A DNA stretch of 64,000 bases from Candidatus Spongiisociaceae bacterium (GCA_965219685.1 CBDCOH010000002.1:3328001-3392000); one strand, 5' to 3'. Numbered from the stretch's first letter, positions 20,872 to 30,430 are shown. Made by a program: numbers and translations. Notes: generated by a model not told the origin, from the letters alone.

Positions 20872-20978
20872 ACCATAACGGCACCGGCCGATTCCGTAAC
20901 AGTCAGGCACCCACCATTACACGAATGAAAGGGTCCACTCTCCACCATAACGGAAACAGGCCGATTCCGTAACAGTCA
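20872..20978. repeat. Two 34-35 bp direct repeats separated by a 38-bp unique spacer, upstream of fic
   Basis: accataacggcaccggccgattccgtaacagtca (20872-20905) and accataacggaaacaggccgattccgtaacagtca (20944-20978). Confidence 0.85.
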
Positions 20979-20996
20979 TGCTACGTTGGGCGTCTG

Positions 20997-22184
20997 ATGG
21001 ATTTCCAACGCTACACCGACACCACCTATGGCGAAGTACGGTTGGTCCCTGGGCTGGGATACAGGGCCTACTACCCGAACACCCTCGCTCCGGTTGTGGA
21101 ACTGGCCTCGGCCACCGTTACGTGCCTCGCCGATGCCGAGGCGGCCTTGGGACGGCTGGCCGGGACGGGCCGGCTCCTACCCAATCCACACCTCCTGATC
21201 CGTCCCTATCTCTTGCGGGAGGCCCTGGCCTCCGCCCGGATCGAAGGGACCCGGGCCAGCCTTCTGGGCGTGCTCGAAGCGGAGGCGGACGAGGCCGAGT
21301 ACACCCCGGACATCGAAGAGGTGCTCAACTACGTAGCGGCCATGGAGCAGGGCTTGGCCCGTCTCGACAGCCTGCCCTTCAGCCTCCGCCTGATACGGGA
21401 CATGCACGCCATCCTCCTGAGGGGTGTACGCGGCAGGGAGCGACAACCGGGAGAGTTCCGGACATCCCAGAACTGGATCGGACCGCCCGGCTCGACGATC
21501 GAGACCGCCCTGTTCGTGCCGCCGCCGCCCGACGAACTCGGCCACCTACTCTCCGACTGGGAGCGGTACGTTCACGAGAACCGGTCCGTCTCCGTCCTGG
21601 TGCAGAGTGGCCTGCTCCACTACCAGATCGAGACCATCCATCCATTCCTCGACGGCAACGGCCGGATGGGCCGACTGCTCATCGTGTTCCACCTGGTGCT
21701 CCGCCAGCGCCTACCGCAACCCCTGCTGTATCTGTCCTCCTATTTCGAGCGCCATCGAGATACGTACTACGCCATGCTCCAAGCTGTGCGAGAGCGAGGC
21801 GATCTCGACGGCTGGCTTCGCTTCTATCTGAGAGGAGTCGAGACCCAGGCCAACGACGCTGTCATTCGCGCCGAGCGCCTGATCGATCTCCGGGAGTCCT
21901 ACAGAACTCGGGTCATCGAGTCGACGCGTGGCCAGGCAATATCCTTGGTCGACGCCCTATTCGCCAACCCGATAATCACCGCACCGCGGGTCGAGCGCAT
22001 GCTGGACGTCACGCGGCCCACCAGCCTGCGGATCCTGGACCGGCTGCGCGGACTGGAGATCCTGACCGAGACCGCGCCGGGAGCCCGGCGCCAGCGCCGC
22101 TTCATGGCTGCAGAGATCTTGAATGTGCTCGAAGACGAAGAACCCGGCAGCCCCAAGCCGACGGTCACGGCGGAGAGACGCTGA
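20997..22184 (+). CDS. Fic family protein (class II) with probable C-terminal HTH
   Basis: HPFLDGNGRMGR catalytic motif; SARIEG inhibitory (S/T)xxxE(G/N)-type motif in the N-terminal part. Confidence 0.93.
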   Translation: MDFQRYTDTTYGEVRLVPGLGYRAYYPNTLAPVVELASATVTCLADAEAALGRLAGTGRLLPNPHLLIRPYLLREALASARIEGTRASLLGVLEAEADEAEYTPDIEEVLNYVAAMEQGLARLDSLPFSLRLIRDMHAILLRGVRGRERQPGEFRTSQNWIGPPGSTIETALFVPPPPDELGHLLSDWERYVHENRSVSVLVQSGLLHYQIETIHPFLDGNGRMGRLLIVFHLVLRQRLPQPLLYLSSYFERHRDTYYAMLQAVRERGDLDGWLRFYLRGVETQANDAVIRAERLIDLRESYRTRVIESTRGQAISLVDALFANPIITAPRVERMLDVTRPTSLRILDRLRGLEILTETAPGARRQRRFMAAEILNVLEDEEPGSPKPTVTAERR

Positions 22185-22330
22185 ACCATGACTGATTCGG
22201 CTGCTTCTGGCCAGATCCCTTGGAACTACTCGTCTAGAAACGCAAGGGTTGGATCCGAGACTGGCGCGTCCGTGCCCGTCGGGAAGCCGTCTGGGGCGGC
22301 GCTGTTGTTCCGATCCTCGGGACCTCCCGG

Positions 22331-23293
22331 TCAGACCAGGACTGGCTCCATGCGACCGTCGCGCCACCGGATGGTCGCGACGGTGTAGCCGACCTGCCGC
22401 CAGTTCTCGTCAAGGTCGAAGTCGCCCAGCAGGGTGGATGTCCGCCAGGCCGCCACCTCGTCACGGTCCATCCTGCATCGGTGTGCTCGGGCGGCGAGGA
22501 AGCCGGCCGCGGCCGCCTGGGCCGCCACGTATCCGGGCTGCGTTCCGAAGACCTCTTCGTATAGGTACCCGAAGCTGACCCCTGACGGCCCGATGTCGGG
22601 CCGGTCGGACGCGGGGATCCACTGGGTGGGTCCGATCACGCCGTCAGCGGACGGCCCGAGCCGCTCGCCGAACTGGGGTACCCCCGCCGCGACGCATCCG
22701 AGCATCGCGGGCTGGGGCTCACCGTCCCTGATGCGACCAACCAACGACACATCCTCCTGGAATCCTGCCGTGACCAGGATGGCGGCCCCGGGATCGACAC
22801 CGGCCAGACGGTCGACCCCGATGACGAGTTCGGGGCTGATTCCCAGCCGCCTGGCCTCGTCGCGGGCGCCCTTGGCCACCATGGCGGCGAAGGGTCCCTT
22901 GCCCGTGACTATCGACACACGACGGATCCCCGACCTTTCGCAGTGGCGTACCGCACCCACCAGGTAGGTGGAAGCCCTTGCAACCACCTGAACGACTCCG
23001 GGCCGGATCAGGTCGTCCGCCGATCCCCCGTGGTTCCAGAGCATCCTGCCGGTGGCGCCGACCGCTGGGAGTATCCGGCGAACCAGGCCGCTCCCGTACG
23101 GTCCGAGCACGATGTCGGTACGGTCCTCCCGCAACCAACGGTGGTATGTCTCGGTCACCGACCGTTCGCCCAATCCCTCCAAGAGGTCGAGTTCCACGCC
23201 CTCGAGGCGGGCCCACAGCTCTAACCCTTGGGCAGCCTCAACCCCCTGCATGGCCAGGGCTCCGCGCCGGACGATCAACGCCGCAGCCCGCAT
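22331..23293 (-). CDS. Type-1 periplasmic-binding-fold protein (branched-chain amino acid SBP-like) with no signal peptide
   Basis: DIVLGPYGSG, LWNHGG, YVAAQAAAAG, TLLGDF.LD motifs; start uncertain. Confidence 0.7.
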   Translation of the reverse strand: MRAAALIVRRGALAMQGVEAAQGLELWARLEGVELDLLEGLGERSVTETYHRWLREDRTDIVLGPYGSGLVRRILPAVGATGRMLWNHGGSADDLIRPGVVQVVARASTYLVGAVRHCERSGIRRVSIVTGKGPFAAMVAKGARDEARRLGISPELVIGVDRLAGVDPGAAILVTAGFQEDVSLVGRIRDGEPQPAMLGCVAAGVPQFGERLGPSADGVIGPTQWIPASDRPDIGPSGVSFGYLYEEVFGTQPGYVAAQAAAAGFLAARAHRCRMDRDEVAAWRTSTLLGDFDLDENWRQVGYTVATIRWRDGRMEPVLV

Positions 23294-23309
23294 CTCAGCC
23301 CCCAACCGG

Positions 23310-24530
23310 TTACTCGAGACGGCCTGCTCGATCCGGGAAGACCGAGTCCCCCGCCCCGTATAGCCCGAACCGGAGGCGAGGGTCGCCCGGAACCCAGTCG
23401 TGACGGAACTGGCTCCCGTCACCGATCCACCGGGCCCTCTCAAGCAGGGCATGGCCCATCGCGAGTTGGCGCGGTTCCCAGGCGGCCAAGGCCGTATCGA
23501 CATCCCCTTGCGCTTCCCGCAGGGCGTCACGCAGCGCCCAGGCGTCGGCGCAGGCCTTGGCGGTTCCCGCGCCGGCATGTGGACGGACGGAGATGGCTCC
23601 GTCCCCCATTAGACAGATGCGCCCGAAAGCCATCCGGTCCACCGCTACGTCGAAGATGACCTGGACGAAGGGGTTGGCGGTCTCGTTCACCACCTCGGCG
23701 AGGGCGGGGGGAAACCGTTCGGTGGCGTACTGCCTGGTCCAGGCCACGTGCTCGTCCCGCATGAAGCCCGGCGGGACGGAGGATTCGCGCCTGGCTCCCG
23801 TTCGGTCGGTGAGGAGGTCGTCCAGATCCTCTCCCTCGTTGTAGTTGTGGTACCAGACGAACCCCTGGACGCGGCGGCCCGGTTCCAGTTCGCCGCGGAG
23901 GCCCGGGATGGGATACACGAGGAAGTGACCCTCGTCGCTCAGGTAGTAGGTAATCGCATCGCCCAGCCGTGCCGCCGTCCGGGGCGAGAGCGCCGACTCG
24001 GGAATCGTGCCGCGCCAAGCCACGTACCCTGCATAGTCGGGCTCTATGTGGGGTTGCAGGATCGCCCGCGCCCGTGACGAGACCCCGTCGGCGCACACGA
24101 CCATGTCGGCGCTGAACGTGTCGCCGCCGGCCAGATGGATCGTTGCCCGGTCCGAGTCCTGGTCAAGGGCGACCATCTCGTATCCGAGGTGGTAACGGTC
24201 ACGGTCGAAGTGGTCCAGGAGGTTCCGGTAGATGGTGTTCCAGGAACTGAACCGGTAGTTCCTCCGCTCCTCGTGACGGGTGGATCCGTCGCGGTCGAGG
24301 AACCTGAGCCAGGGCAACTCCACCGCGACCTTGGCCACGTCCAGCGGGCGGTGTTCCTCGAAGTACCGGACCGTCACCGGGTGCAGGACTATGCCCGCGC
24401 CGCGGGCCTCCAACTCCGCGGTGGAACGTTCGAAGACATCCACCTCGCATCCGAGGTCCCGCAGCACCAGGGCTACGGTCAGGCCCCCGACCGATCCGCC
24501 CACGACCGCGACTCGCGGAAGGGAACTCAT
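23310..24530 (-). CDS. FAD-dependent monooxygenase, 2,6-dihydroxypyridine 3-hydroxylase (DhpH)-like
   Basis: VVGGSVGGL, RGAGIV, ADGVSS, YAGYVAWRG, GDGA...RPHAGAGTAKA. Confidence 0.85.
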   Translation of the reverse strand: MSSLPRVAVVGGSVGGLTVALVLRDLGCEVDVFERSTAELEARGAGIVLHPVTVRYFEEHRPLDVAKVAVELPWLRFLDRDGSTRHEERRNYRFSSWNTIYRNLLDHFDRDRYHLGYEMVALDQDSDRATIHLAGGDTFSADMVVCADGVSSRARAILQPHIEPDYAGYVAWRGTIPESALSPRTAARLGDAITYYLSDEGHFLVYPIPGLRGELEPGRRVQGFVWYHNYNEGEDLDDLLTDRTGARRESSVPPGFMRDEHVAWTRQYATERFPPALAEVVNETANPFVQVIFDVAVDRMAFGRICLMGDGAISVRPHAGAGTAKACADAWALRDALREAQGDVDTALAAWEPRQLAMGHALLERARWIGDGSQFRHDWVPGDPRLRFGLYGAGDSVFPDRAGRLE

Positions 24531-24567
24531 GGATTCGCCCCGGCCGGAGAGGAGCCGGGACTCCCGA

Positions 24568-25089
24568 TCAGGGCTGGCCGAAGGTCGAGACCTTGTCCAC
24601 CCGGCATTCGAACAGGACCCTGCGCTCGTCGATGGACGGATCGCGCAGTCCGTAGGGCGGCTCGGCGCCCGTGTACTTGGTCCAGATCCCATCCAGTTGA
24701 GCGGTGACACGCGCACCCTCGTCGGGATCGTCCTCGCTGATCTCCCGTTCGGCGGTGACCTTCATCGACACCCAGTGGTACGGGTTCTCAGGATTGATAA
24801 GGATTAGGGAGACCTCCGGGTTCGCCCTGATCCAGGAGGTCTTCTTGCGTTGGGCGGCGACGTTGACCAGGACCTTGTCGTCCTCGTAGTCGAACCACAT
24901 CGCGGTGAGGCTCGGCCGGCCGTCGGCGGCTATGACGCTCATTACGGCGGTGACCTGCTCGTCGAGCAGCCGCTTGTAGATCGGGTTCAGATCGTTGAGA
25001 CTGTCGATCTCGCTGCGGCCACCGATGCCGAATTGGCCGGCCTGCAATCCTCCCGATACGTCTAGGAACTCGTAGAGCCTGATGCCCAT
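24568..25089 (-). CDS. Pyridoxamine 5'-phosphate oxidase-like (PPOX, possibly F420-binding) protein
   Basis: DGRP..TAMWF, RKK..IRANP.VSL, NPYHW, ERRVLF. Confidence 0.85.
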   Translation of the reverse strand: MGIRLYEFLDVSGGLQAGQFGIGGRSEIDSLNDLNPIYKRLLDEQVTAVMSVIAADGRPSLTAMWFDYEDDKVLVNVAAQRKKTSWIRANPEVSLILINPENPYHWVSMKVTAEREISEDDPDEGARVTAQLDGIWTKYTGAEPPYGLRDPSIDERRVLFECRVDKVSTFGQP

Positions 25090-25163
25090 GGGTAGTGCCT
25101 CCTAAGTTGGTCGATGGGGCCAGATCGTACTCCCCTGCAAGGGTGCAGGGTTCGCCGGGGAGT

Positions 25164-26750
25164 TCAGCCGCGCGCGGTCTCGATGACGTGCGTGTAGACC
25201 TCCGGGCTGACCCGGGCGTCGATCAGCTTCGGACCTCTTCCGGCAGCCAGGGCCCGTCTCACCTGGTCGGGCTCCGTGGCCACGTACCCGTCCATGCCCA
25301 GCCCCCGAGCCACTGTCGCGAAGTCGGAGGGTCCGTAGCGGTACGGCCTGACGCCCTCGGCGCCCTGGCCGTCCTGCTTGATCTCGATGAGGCTAAGCGC
25401 CGAGTCGTTGAACACCACCACGGTGACATCGAGGTCCAGCCGAGCCACCGTCTCCAACTCGGCCAGCGCCATCCCCAGCCCGCCGTCACCGGTCAGGCAG
25501 AGCACCGGCCTCCGCGGCCGGGCGAGGGCGGCGCCGACCGCGGCGGGGAGGGCGAAGCCCATGGTGGCGAGCCCGTTGGAGATGAGCAGGTCGAGCGGGC
25601 GGCTCACGCGCCAGAGCGGCATGATCACCAGGAAGTGGGCGCCCGCGTCGACCGTCACGATCGGATCGTCCGGACCGGCCTCGGCGACCGCGTCCATCAA
25701 CTCGAACGGGGAGAACCCCCGGCTCTCCCCACGCAGGTCCTCCAGGACCCGGCTGTTGTGCGCGGGTCCCGCCCCCTTGGGCCAGGTCGTCGAGAACGCG
25801 GTCCGGAGAGCCCTCAGCGACCCGTCGACCGGACCGTTCACCTCGACGGCCACCGGGTAGTAGGAGTCGCTGAGCGGACGGTGGTTGAGAGCCAGCACCG
25901 GCGTGCTGTACGGCCAGGGACGGGCCAGCGGCTCCACCGGATCGAGTTCCACGGCGACGATCAGGTCGGCGGCTTCGACCAGGGGTCGCTCCGACAGTGC
26001 GTTGGTGAACAGGCCCCCGTAGCTGGGTGACGTGTCGGGGATGACCCCCTTCGCCTGGTAGGTGACCAGGGCCGGGACGCCGAGGCTCTCGACAAGGCTG
26101 TGTACTTCCCCTGCGTCGGGGGCGGCCGCGGCCCCCACCAGGAACAGCGGCCGGTTTGACGAGGCGATCATCCTCCGGGCCGCTTCAAGAGCCTGCGGGT
26201 CCGGCCGGGGCAGCGGAGGCGGCTCGGGAGGGAGGACTCCCGGCGCGGTGAGATCGAAGTCCAGATGCACGGCGCCGGCGGGGGGATCGACCGCGAGGCG
26301 GGTAGCGCGTTCCACTACCTCTGCCGGGTTCGCGTAACCCAGCGTCCCGGTCCACTTGGTGAGGGGCGCCATGATCGCGTTCTGGTCGAGTCTCTGGTGG
26401 ACGAACCTCTCCCGTTCGGCAGCAGGAACCGCGTCGCTGAGCAGGACCACCGGAAAGCGATCGAGGGTGGCCTGGGCCATCCCGTTGGCCGCCGAGGTCA
26501 CGCCGGGCCCCCGCGTCACCGCCGCCAGTCCCGGCGACCGGGTCAGCTTGCCGTAGACCCCGGCGGAGATGCAGGCGGCGGTCTCACCATGGGTGAGGAC
26601 GAACCGGATACCTGCCTCGGCGCCCTTCTCGATCATATCGATGTTCGGCCCGCCGCCGGGAACGCCGAACATGAGATCGGCGCCGGCCGCAGCGAACTGC
26701 GACATGGCGACCTCGGCTAGAGAACCCGCTCCGCCCATCAGGCCCGACAA
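25164..26750 (-). CDS. Thiamine diphosphate-dependent enzyme (acetolactate synthase-like superfamily)
   Basis: FGVPGGG, HGETAA, RGPG, MGFALP, GDGG...FND ThDP motif. Confidence 0.9.
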   Translation of the reverse strand: MSGLMGGAGSLAEVAMSQFAAAGADLMFGVPGGGPNIDMIEKGAEAGIRFVLTHGETAACISAGVYGKLTRSPGLAAVTRGPGVTSAANGMAQATLDRFPVVLLSDAVPAAERERFVHQRLDQNAIMAPLTKWTGTLGYANPAEVVERATRLAVDPPAGAVHLDFDLTAPGVLPPEPPPLPRPDPQALEAARRMIASSNRPLFLVGAAAAPDAGEVHSLVESLGVPALVTYQAKGVIPDTSPSYGGLFTNALSERPLVEAADLIVAVELDPVEPLARPWPYSTPVLALNHRPLSDSYYPVAVEVNGPVDGSLRALRTAFSTTWPKGAGPAHNSRVLEDLRGESRGFSPFELMDAVAEAGPDDPIVTVDAGAHFLVIMPLWRVSRPLDLLISNGLATMGFALPAAVGAALARPRRPVLCLTGDGGLGMALAELETVARLDLDVTVVVFNDSALSLIEIKQDGQGAEGVRPYRYGPSDFATVARGLGMDGYVATEPDQVRRALAAGRGPKLIDARVSPEVYTHVIETARG

Positions 26751-26754
26751 CTGC

Positions 26755-27123
26755 TCAGGCGTAGAGCTCGACGGTCATGAACCGTATCTCGGTATCCCCG
26801 TAGTTCTCGAAGTCGTGGATCATGTGGTTCCCGCCGGAATGGTCGCCGAAGCTGGTATCTCCCACCTCGTAACGGCGCACCACGTAGGTGCCGTCGTCCG
26901 TCCGCTGGCGACCGATCCCGGCATCTACCACAGTCCAGAAGTACGGCTTGTCGTGGATGTGGAAAGCACCTCGCTCACCCGGCTGGAGCCTTATCTCCCA
27001 CACTCCCACCCGTTCGTTCTCGAACACGAGTTTGGTTCCCACATCGTGGTTGGTCGGAGCCGCAGCCAACTCGTCTTCATAGTCGGCCAGGTCGAACGTC
27101 CCCTCCTCGATTACTTCCGGCAT
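26755..27123 (-). CDS. Cupin domain protein
   Basis: FENERV.VW.I.L.PGE...FH.H...Y...H...N.G motif pattern. Confidence 0.8.
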   Translation of the reverse strand: MPEVIEEGTFDLADYEDELAAAPTNHDVGTKLVFENERVGVWEIRLQPGERGAFHIHDKPYFWTVVDAGIGRQRTDDGTYVVRRYEVGDTSFGDHSGGNHMIHDFENYGDTEIRFMTVELYA

Positions 27124-27174
27124 GGATCCTCCTCGGCGTTTCTGTGATCGTGCCCGTAATCGTAGGATGCGGTC

Positions 27175-28389
27175 GTGGATCCGAGCACACCTGCTCCTGT
27201 ACTCGACGGACTCCGGATCGTGGAGTTGTCAGCCTTCGTAGCGGTCCCGCTGGCGGGAATGACGCTGGCGCAGTTGGGCGCGGACGTGATCCGGGTGGAC
27301 CCGCTCGGCGGCGGCCTCGACTACCGGAGGCGGCCGATCACCGACTCGGGGGCCGGTCTGTACTGGGCGGGCCTCAACAAGGGAAAACGTTCGGTCGCCC
27401 TCAACCTGCGGAGCAAGGAGGGACGGGACCTGGTCCGAGATCTGGTGACCGCGCCGGGCGAGGACGCCGGAGTGCTGATCACGAACCTCTCCCCGCGTTG
27501 GATCTCCTACGACCACCTACGGCGGGACCGGCCGGATCTGATCATGGTTGTTCTCAAGGGCAACCCTGATGGCTCGATCGCGGTGGACTACACGGTCAAC
27601 GCGGCGGCAGGTTACCCGGCGATCACGGGGGTCGGCGACGATCCGGTCAACCACGTCCTGCCGGCGTGGGATCTGGTGGCGGGGGGGATGGTGGCCACGG
27701 CGGTGCTGTCAGCCGAGCGGCGCCGCTACCGCACCGGCGAGGGAGGCCTGGTCGAACTGTCCTTGGCCGATGTGGCCTTCGCAACCCTGGGCCACCTGGG
27801 GCAGGTGGCGGAGGTGGTCATCAACGACGACGACCGGCCCAGGTACGGAAACTACCTCTACGGCTCGTTCGGAAAAGACTTCGAGACTTCCGACGGGGAG
27901 CGGGTGATGATCATCGCCCTCACCCCCCGGCACTGGTCCTCGCTCGTTCAGGCAACCGGAACCGCCGGCGCCATGGCGCGGATCGAGGACGAACTCGGGT
28001 TGGATCTTGCGGACGAGGGGGCACGATTCGCCGCCCGGGAACGTATCGCCGGAGTCCTCGGGAGCTGGTTCTCCCGCCGTACGCTGGCGGAGACGGCCGA
28101 GGTCCTCGACCGGCACCGCATCTGCTGGGGGCCGTACCGCACGGTGCGCCAGTTGCTCGAAGCGGACCCGAGAGTGCAGCCGGAACTCAACCCGATGTGG
28201 GCCGACATCGCCCAACCCGGGATCGGGACCTACCCGGTCCCCGGTACGCCGCTCGCCTTCTCGGGTGTCCCCCGCAGCACGCCGAGACCTGCCCCGCTCC
28301 TGGGCGCCGACACCGAACCGGTCCTGAACCAACTGCTCGGCTTGGAGGACCGCAGGCTCGACGAGCTGCGGAGGATGGGCGTGCTCTGA
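27175..28389 (+). CDS. mct: Family III CoA transferase, mesaconyl-CoA C1-C4 transferase (Mct)-like
   Basis: SAFVAVPLAGMTLAQLGADVIR.DP.GGGLDY, YWAGLNKGKRS, AVDYTVN, PVNHVLPAWD, GNYLYGSFGKDF. Confidence 0.82.
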   Translation: MDPSTPAPVLDGLRIVELSAFVAVPLAGMTLAQLGADVIRVDPLGGGLDYRRRPITDSGAGLYWAGLNKGKRSVALNLRSKEGRDLVRDLVTAPGEDAGVLITNLSPRWISYDHLRRDRPDLIMVVLKGNPDGSIAVDYTVNAAAGYPAITGVGDDPVNHVLPAWDLVAGGMVATAVLSAERRRYRTGEGGLVELSLADVAFATLGHLGQVAEVVINDDDRPRYGNYLYGSFGKDFETSDGERVMIIALTPRHWSSLVQATGTAGAMARIEDELGLDLADEGARFAARERIAGVLGSWFSRRTLAETAEVLDRHRICWGPYRTVRQLLEADPRVQPELNPMWADIAQPGIGTYPVPGTPLAFSGVPRSTPRPAPLLGADTEPVLNQLLGLEDRRLDELRRMGVL

Positions 28390-28415
28390 ACGACCCGTCC
28401 CCGAGGCCAGGTCCA

Positions 28416-28473
28416 AGGTCGCGAAATTCGCCCCGGCCGGGCCTCCCTCCGGGCCCTCCCCCGCCACCACCAC
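28416..28473 (-). repeat. Dispersed non-coding repeat family B, copy 2
   Basis: Reverse complement gtggtggtggcgggggagggcccg...tttcgcgacct matches 11809-11864. Confidence 0.65.
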
Positions 28474-28569
28474 GCCACATTCGACTTCGCGGAGGCCCCA
28501 ACTTGGTGGGAAACGGACTCGGACGACGGCATCGAGACCGGACAACTAACTCCACTAATATTAACAGTC

Positions 28570-28604
28570 CACTACCAACTAATAACTAGCAACTAACGAC
28601 TAGG
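28570..28604. repeat. Degenerate heptamer array (AACTARC-like)x5
   Basis: cactacc aactaat aactagc aactaac gactagg. Confidence 0.7.
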
Positions 28605-28640
28605 ATCTAGACGTGGTTATCCGGTCGCCAAGCTGCCATC

Positions 28641-29432
28641 ATGTCGTCTATGCGACCTAACCCGCTCCGCGCCAGGTGGGCGGCCGGTGAGCCCGCCATA
28701 GGTGGTTGGCTTACGATTCCCAACCAACTGACCGCCGAGATGACAGCAGCAGCCGACCTCGACTACGTATGCATCGACATGCAGCACGGGCTGATCGACT
28801 ACTCGGATGTCGTGCACATGCTGACCGCCGTCACTGCGGGCGGCGTAACCCCCATCGTCCGGGTACCCGAGAACTCGATCGCCAACATCTCCACCGCTCT
28901 CGACGCCGGCGCCGTCGGGGTGATCGTCCCGCTGGTCAACACGGTGGAGGAGGCGGCGTCGGTGGTCTCCGCCTGCCGTTACCCGCCGGCGGGCGAGCGG
29001 AGCTACGGCGCGATCAGGGCAGCGGCCGTGGAGGGGCCGGACTACTACGACCGGGCCAACGACGAGGTGGTCTGCATACCGATGATCGAGACCGTCGAGG
29101 CTGTCGACGACCTGGACGGCATCCTGTCGATCCCGGGGATCGACGTGGCCTACGTAGGCCCGTCCGACCTGTCCATATCGATGGGATACTGGCCTGGAAC
29201 GGCTGCCGCTCCCTTCCTGGCCATGCTCGATCGGATAGTCGAGGCCTGTGACCGCCACGGCGTCGTGCCCGCAATCCAGGCGTCGCCGTCCACGGCCGCC
29301 GACCGCCTGGCGCGGGGGTTCCGGATGGTCACAGTGGTGACGGACATCCTCGCCTTCAGGGTCTCCGTCGACCTGGCCATCGCCCAGGCTCGCGGGACCG
29401 ATCCGGGCGCGCCCGGCTCGCCCCTGTACTGA
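28641..29432 (+). CDS. HpcH/HpaI aldolase family protein
   Basis: IDMQHG, PIVRVP, ALDAGA.G.IVP.V, RYPP.G.R, MIET, VGPSDLS. Confidence 0.92.
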   Translation: MSSMRPNPLRARWAAGEPAIGGWLTIPNQLTAEMTAAADLDYVCIDMQHGLIDYSDVVHMLTAVTAGGVTPIVRVPENSIANISTALDAGAVGVIVPLVNTVEEAASVVSACRYPPAGERSYGAIRAAAVEGPDYYDRANDEVVCIPMIETVEAVDDLDGILSIPGIDVAYVGPSDLSISMGYWPGTAAAPFLAMLDRIVEACDRHGVVPAIQASPSTAADRLARGFRMVTVVTDILAFRVSVDLAIAQARGTDPGAPGSPLY

Positions 29433-29482
29433 TAGGACAGTCGATCGGACGCCGGGCCGAGTAAGCGAGCAGATCCCAAGCC

Positions 29483-29664
29483 ATCCGACCGGAGCGAATC
29501 GCACTGAACCATCAGTATACAACGATGCACAACATAGTTATGGCCCGAGTGTGTCTGCTCTGTTTCGCCGGGCCCCAATCTTCGGTCTGTGAGGCCCCCT
29601 CGGCGCCCACGTGAACCCGGACAGCCTTTCTGACGCCGGAAAACGATGCGATCTAATGCTAACC
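29483..29664 (+). repeat. Dispersed non-coding repeat family A (about 185 bp), copy 1
   Basis: Collinear with 31590-31774: atccgaccg...caacga...aggccccctcggcgc...gccggaaa...cgatcta. Confidence 0.8.
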
Positions 29665-29672
29665 ATCGATTC

Positions 29673-29700
29673 CCGACTACCAACTACCGACTACCGGCTA
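29673..29700. repeat. Heptamer array (CCGACTA)x4
   Basis: ccgacta ccaacta ccgacta ccggcta. Confidence 0.8.
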
Positions 29701-29755
29701 GGAACCATTCGTCCACCGGTGCCACAACCTCTCCTTCACAGCACGAGCACGTAGA

Positions 29756-30427
29756 ATGCCGGACGTGAAACCGGTCCGGGATCTGCACGAATCTGCGGTC
29801 AGGCTTGCTCGTCTCGCCGAGCAGGTGCCCGCTCGGGCCCGCGGCGGATCGGTCCATCCGTCCGAACTGGTAGCAGGCATCAACGCCGAGTCAGATCTGG
29901 CCTGCCGACCGGGGCCCTTCGGACCGGTGGCCCCGAACCGCTTCGCGATACGGCTCAACAACGTGGACCTGGCGGCCCTGGGAAACCAGAGACGCGTGAC
30001 GCATGAACTGGAACGCATCACGGAAAGCACGGGGATGGGCAGAGGGCACCGCTTGGAGGGACCGGTCCGGGTCTGGTTGGAGGCGGACACCTCGACGGAG
30101 CAGGGGACGTTCGCCGTGCGGTCCTTCCACCGCCCCGGCCGCCGTCCGGCCTGGGCTTTCCTAACCGGTGGCGGGCCAACGCTGGAGATCACTGTCAACC
30201 GTTCCCTGGTGGGCCGGGCCGGCGACGCCGATGTCATCATCGCCCACGGCTCGGTCAGCGAACACCACGCCCTGGTCTGGTTCGAGGGGGAGAGCGCCTG
30301 GATACGGGACCAGGGTTCGAGCGGCGGCACCTTCGTCGATGGCGAGGCGGTCAGCGGGAACACGCCGGTTCCGGATGACGGCACGATCCGCTTCGGAAGG
30401 GTCGAGTACATGCTGCGGGTCGGGTAG
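29756..30427 (+). CDS. fhaA: FhaA-like protein (DUF3662-like N-terminus plus FHA domain)
   Basis: VHPSEL...VAPNRF N-domain; VGR...SEHHA...D.GS..GTFV FHA domain; first gene of the pknB cluster. Confidence 0.8.
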   Translation: MPDVKPVRDLHESAVRLARLAEQVPARARGGSVHPSELVAGINAESDLACRPGPFGPVAPNRFAIRLNNVDLAALGNQRRVTHELERITESTGMGRGHRLEGPVRVWLEADTSTEQGTFAVRSFHRPGRRPAWAFLTGGGPTLEITVNRSLVGRAGDADVIIAHGSVSEHHALVWFEGESAWIRDQGSSGGTFVDGEAVSGNTPVPDDGTIRFGRVEYMLRVG

Positions 30428-30430
30428 TCG

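Noticed and set aside
20872-20978. Calling a true CRISPR array
   Set aside because: Only two imperfect repeats and no cas genes or leader; kept as a repeat and a hypothesis.
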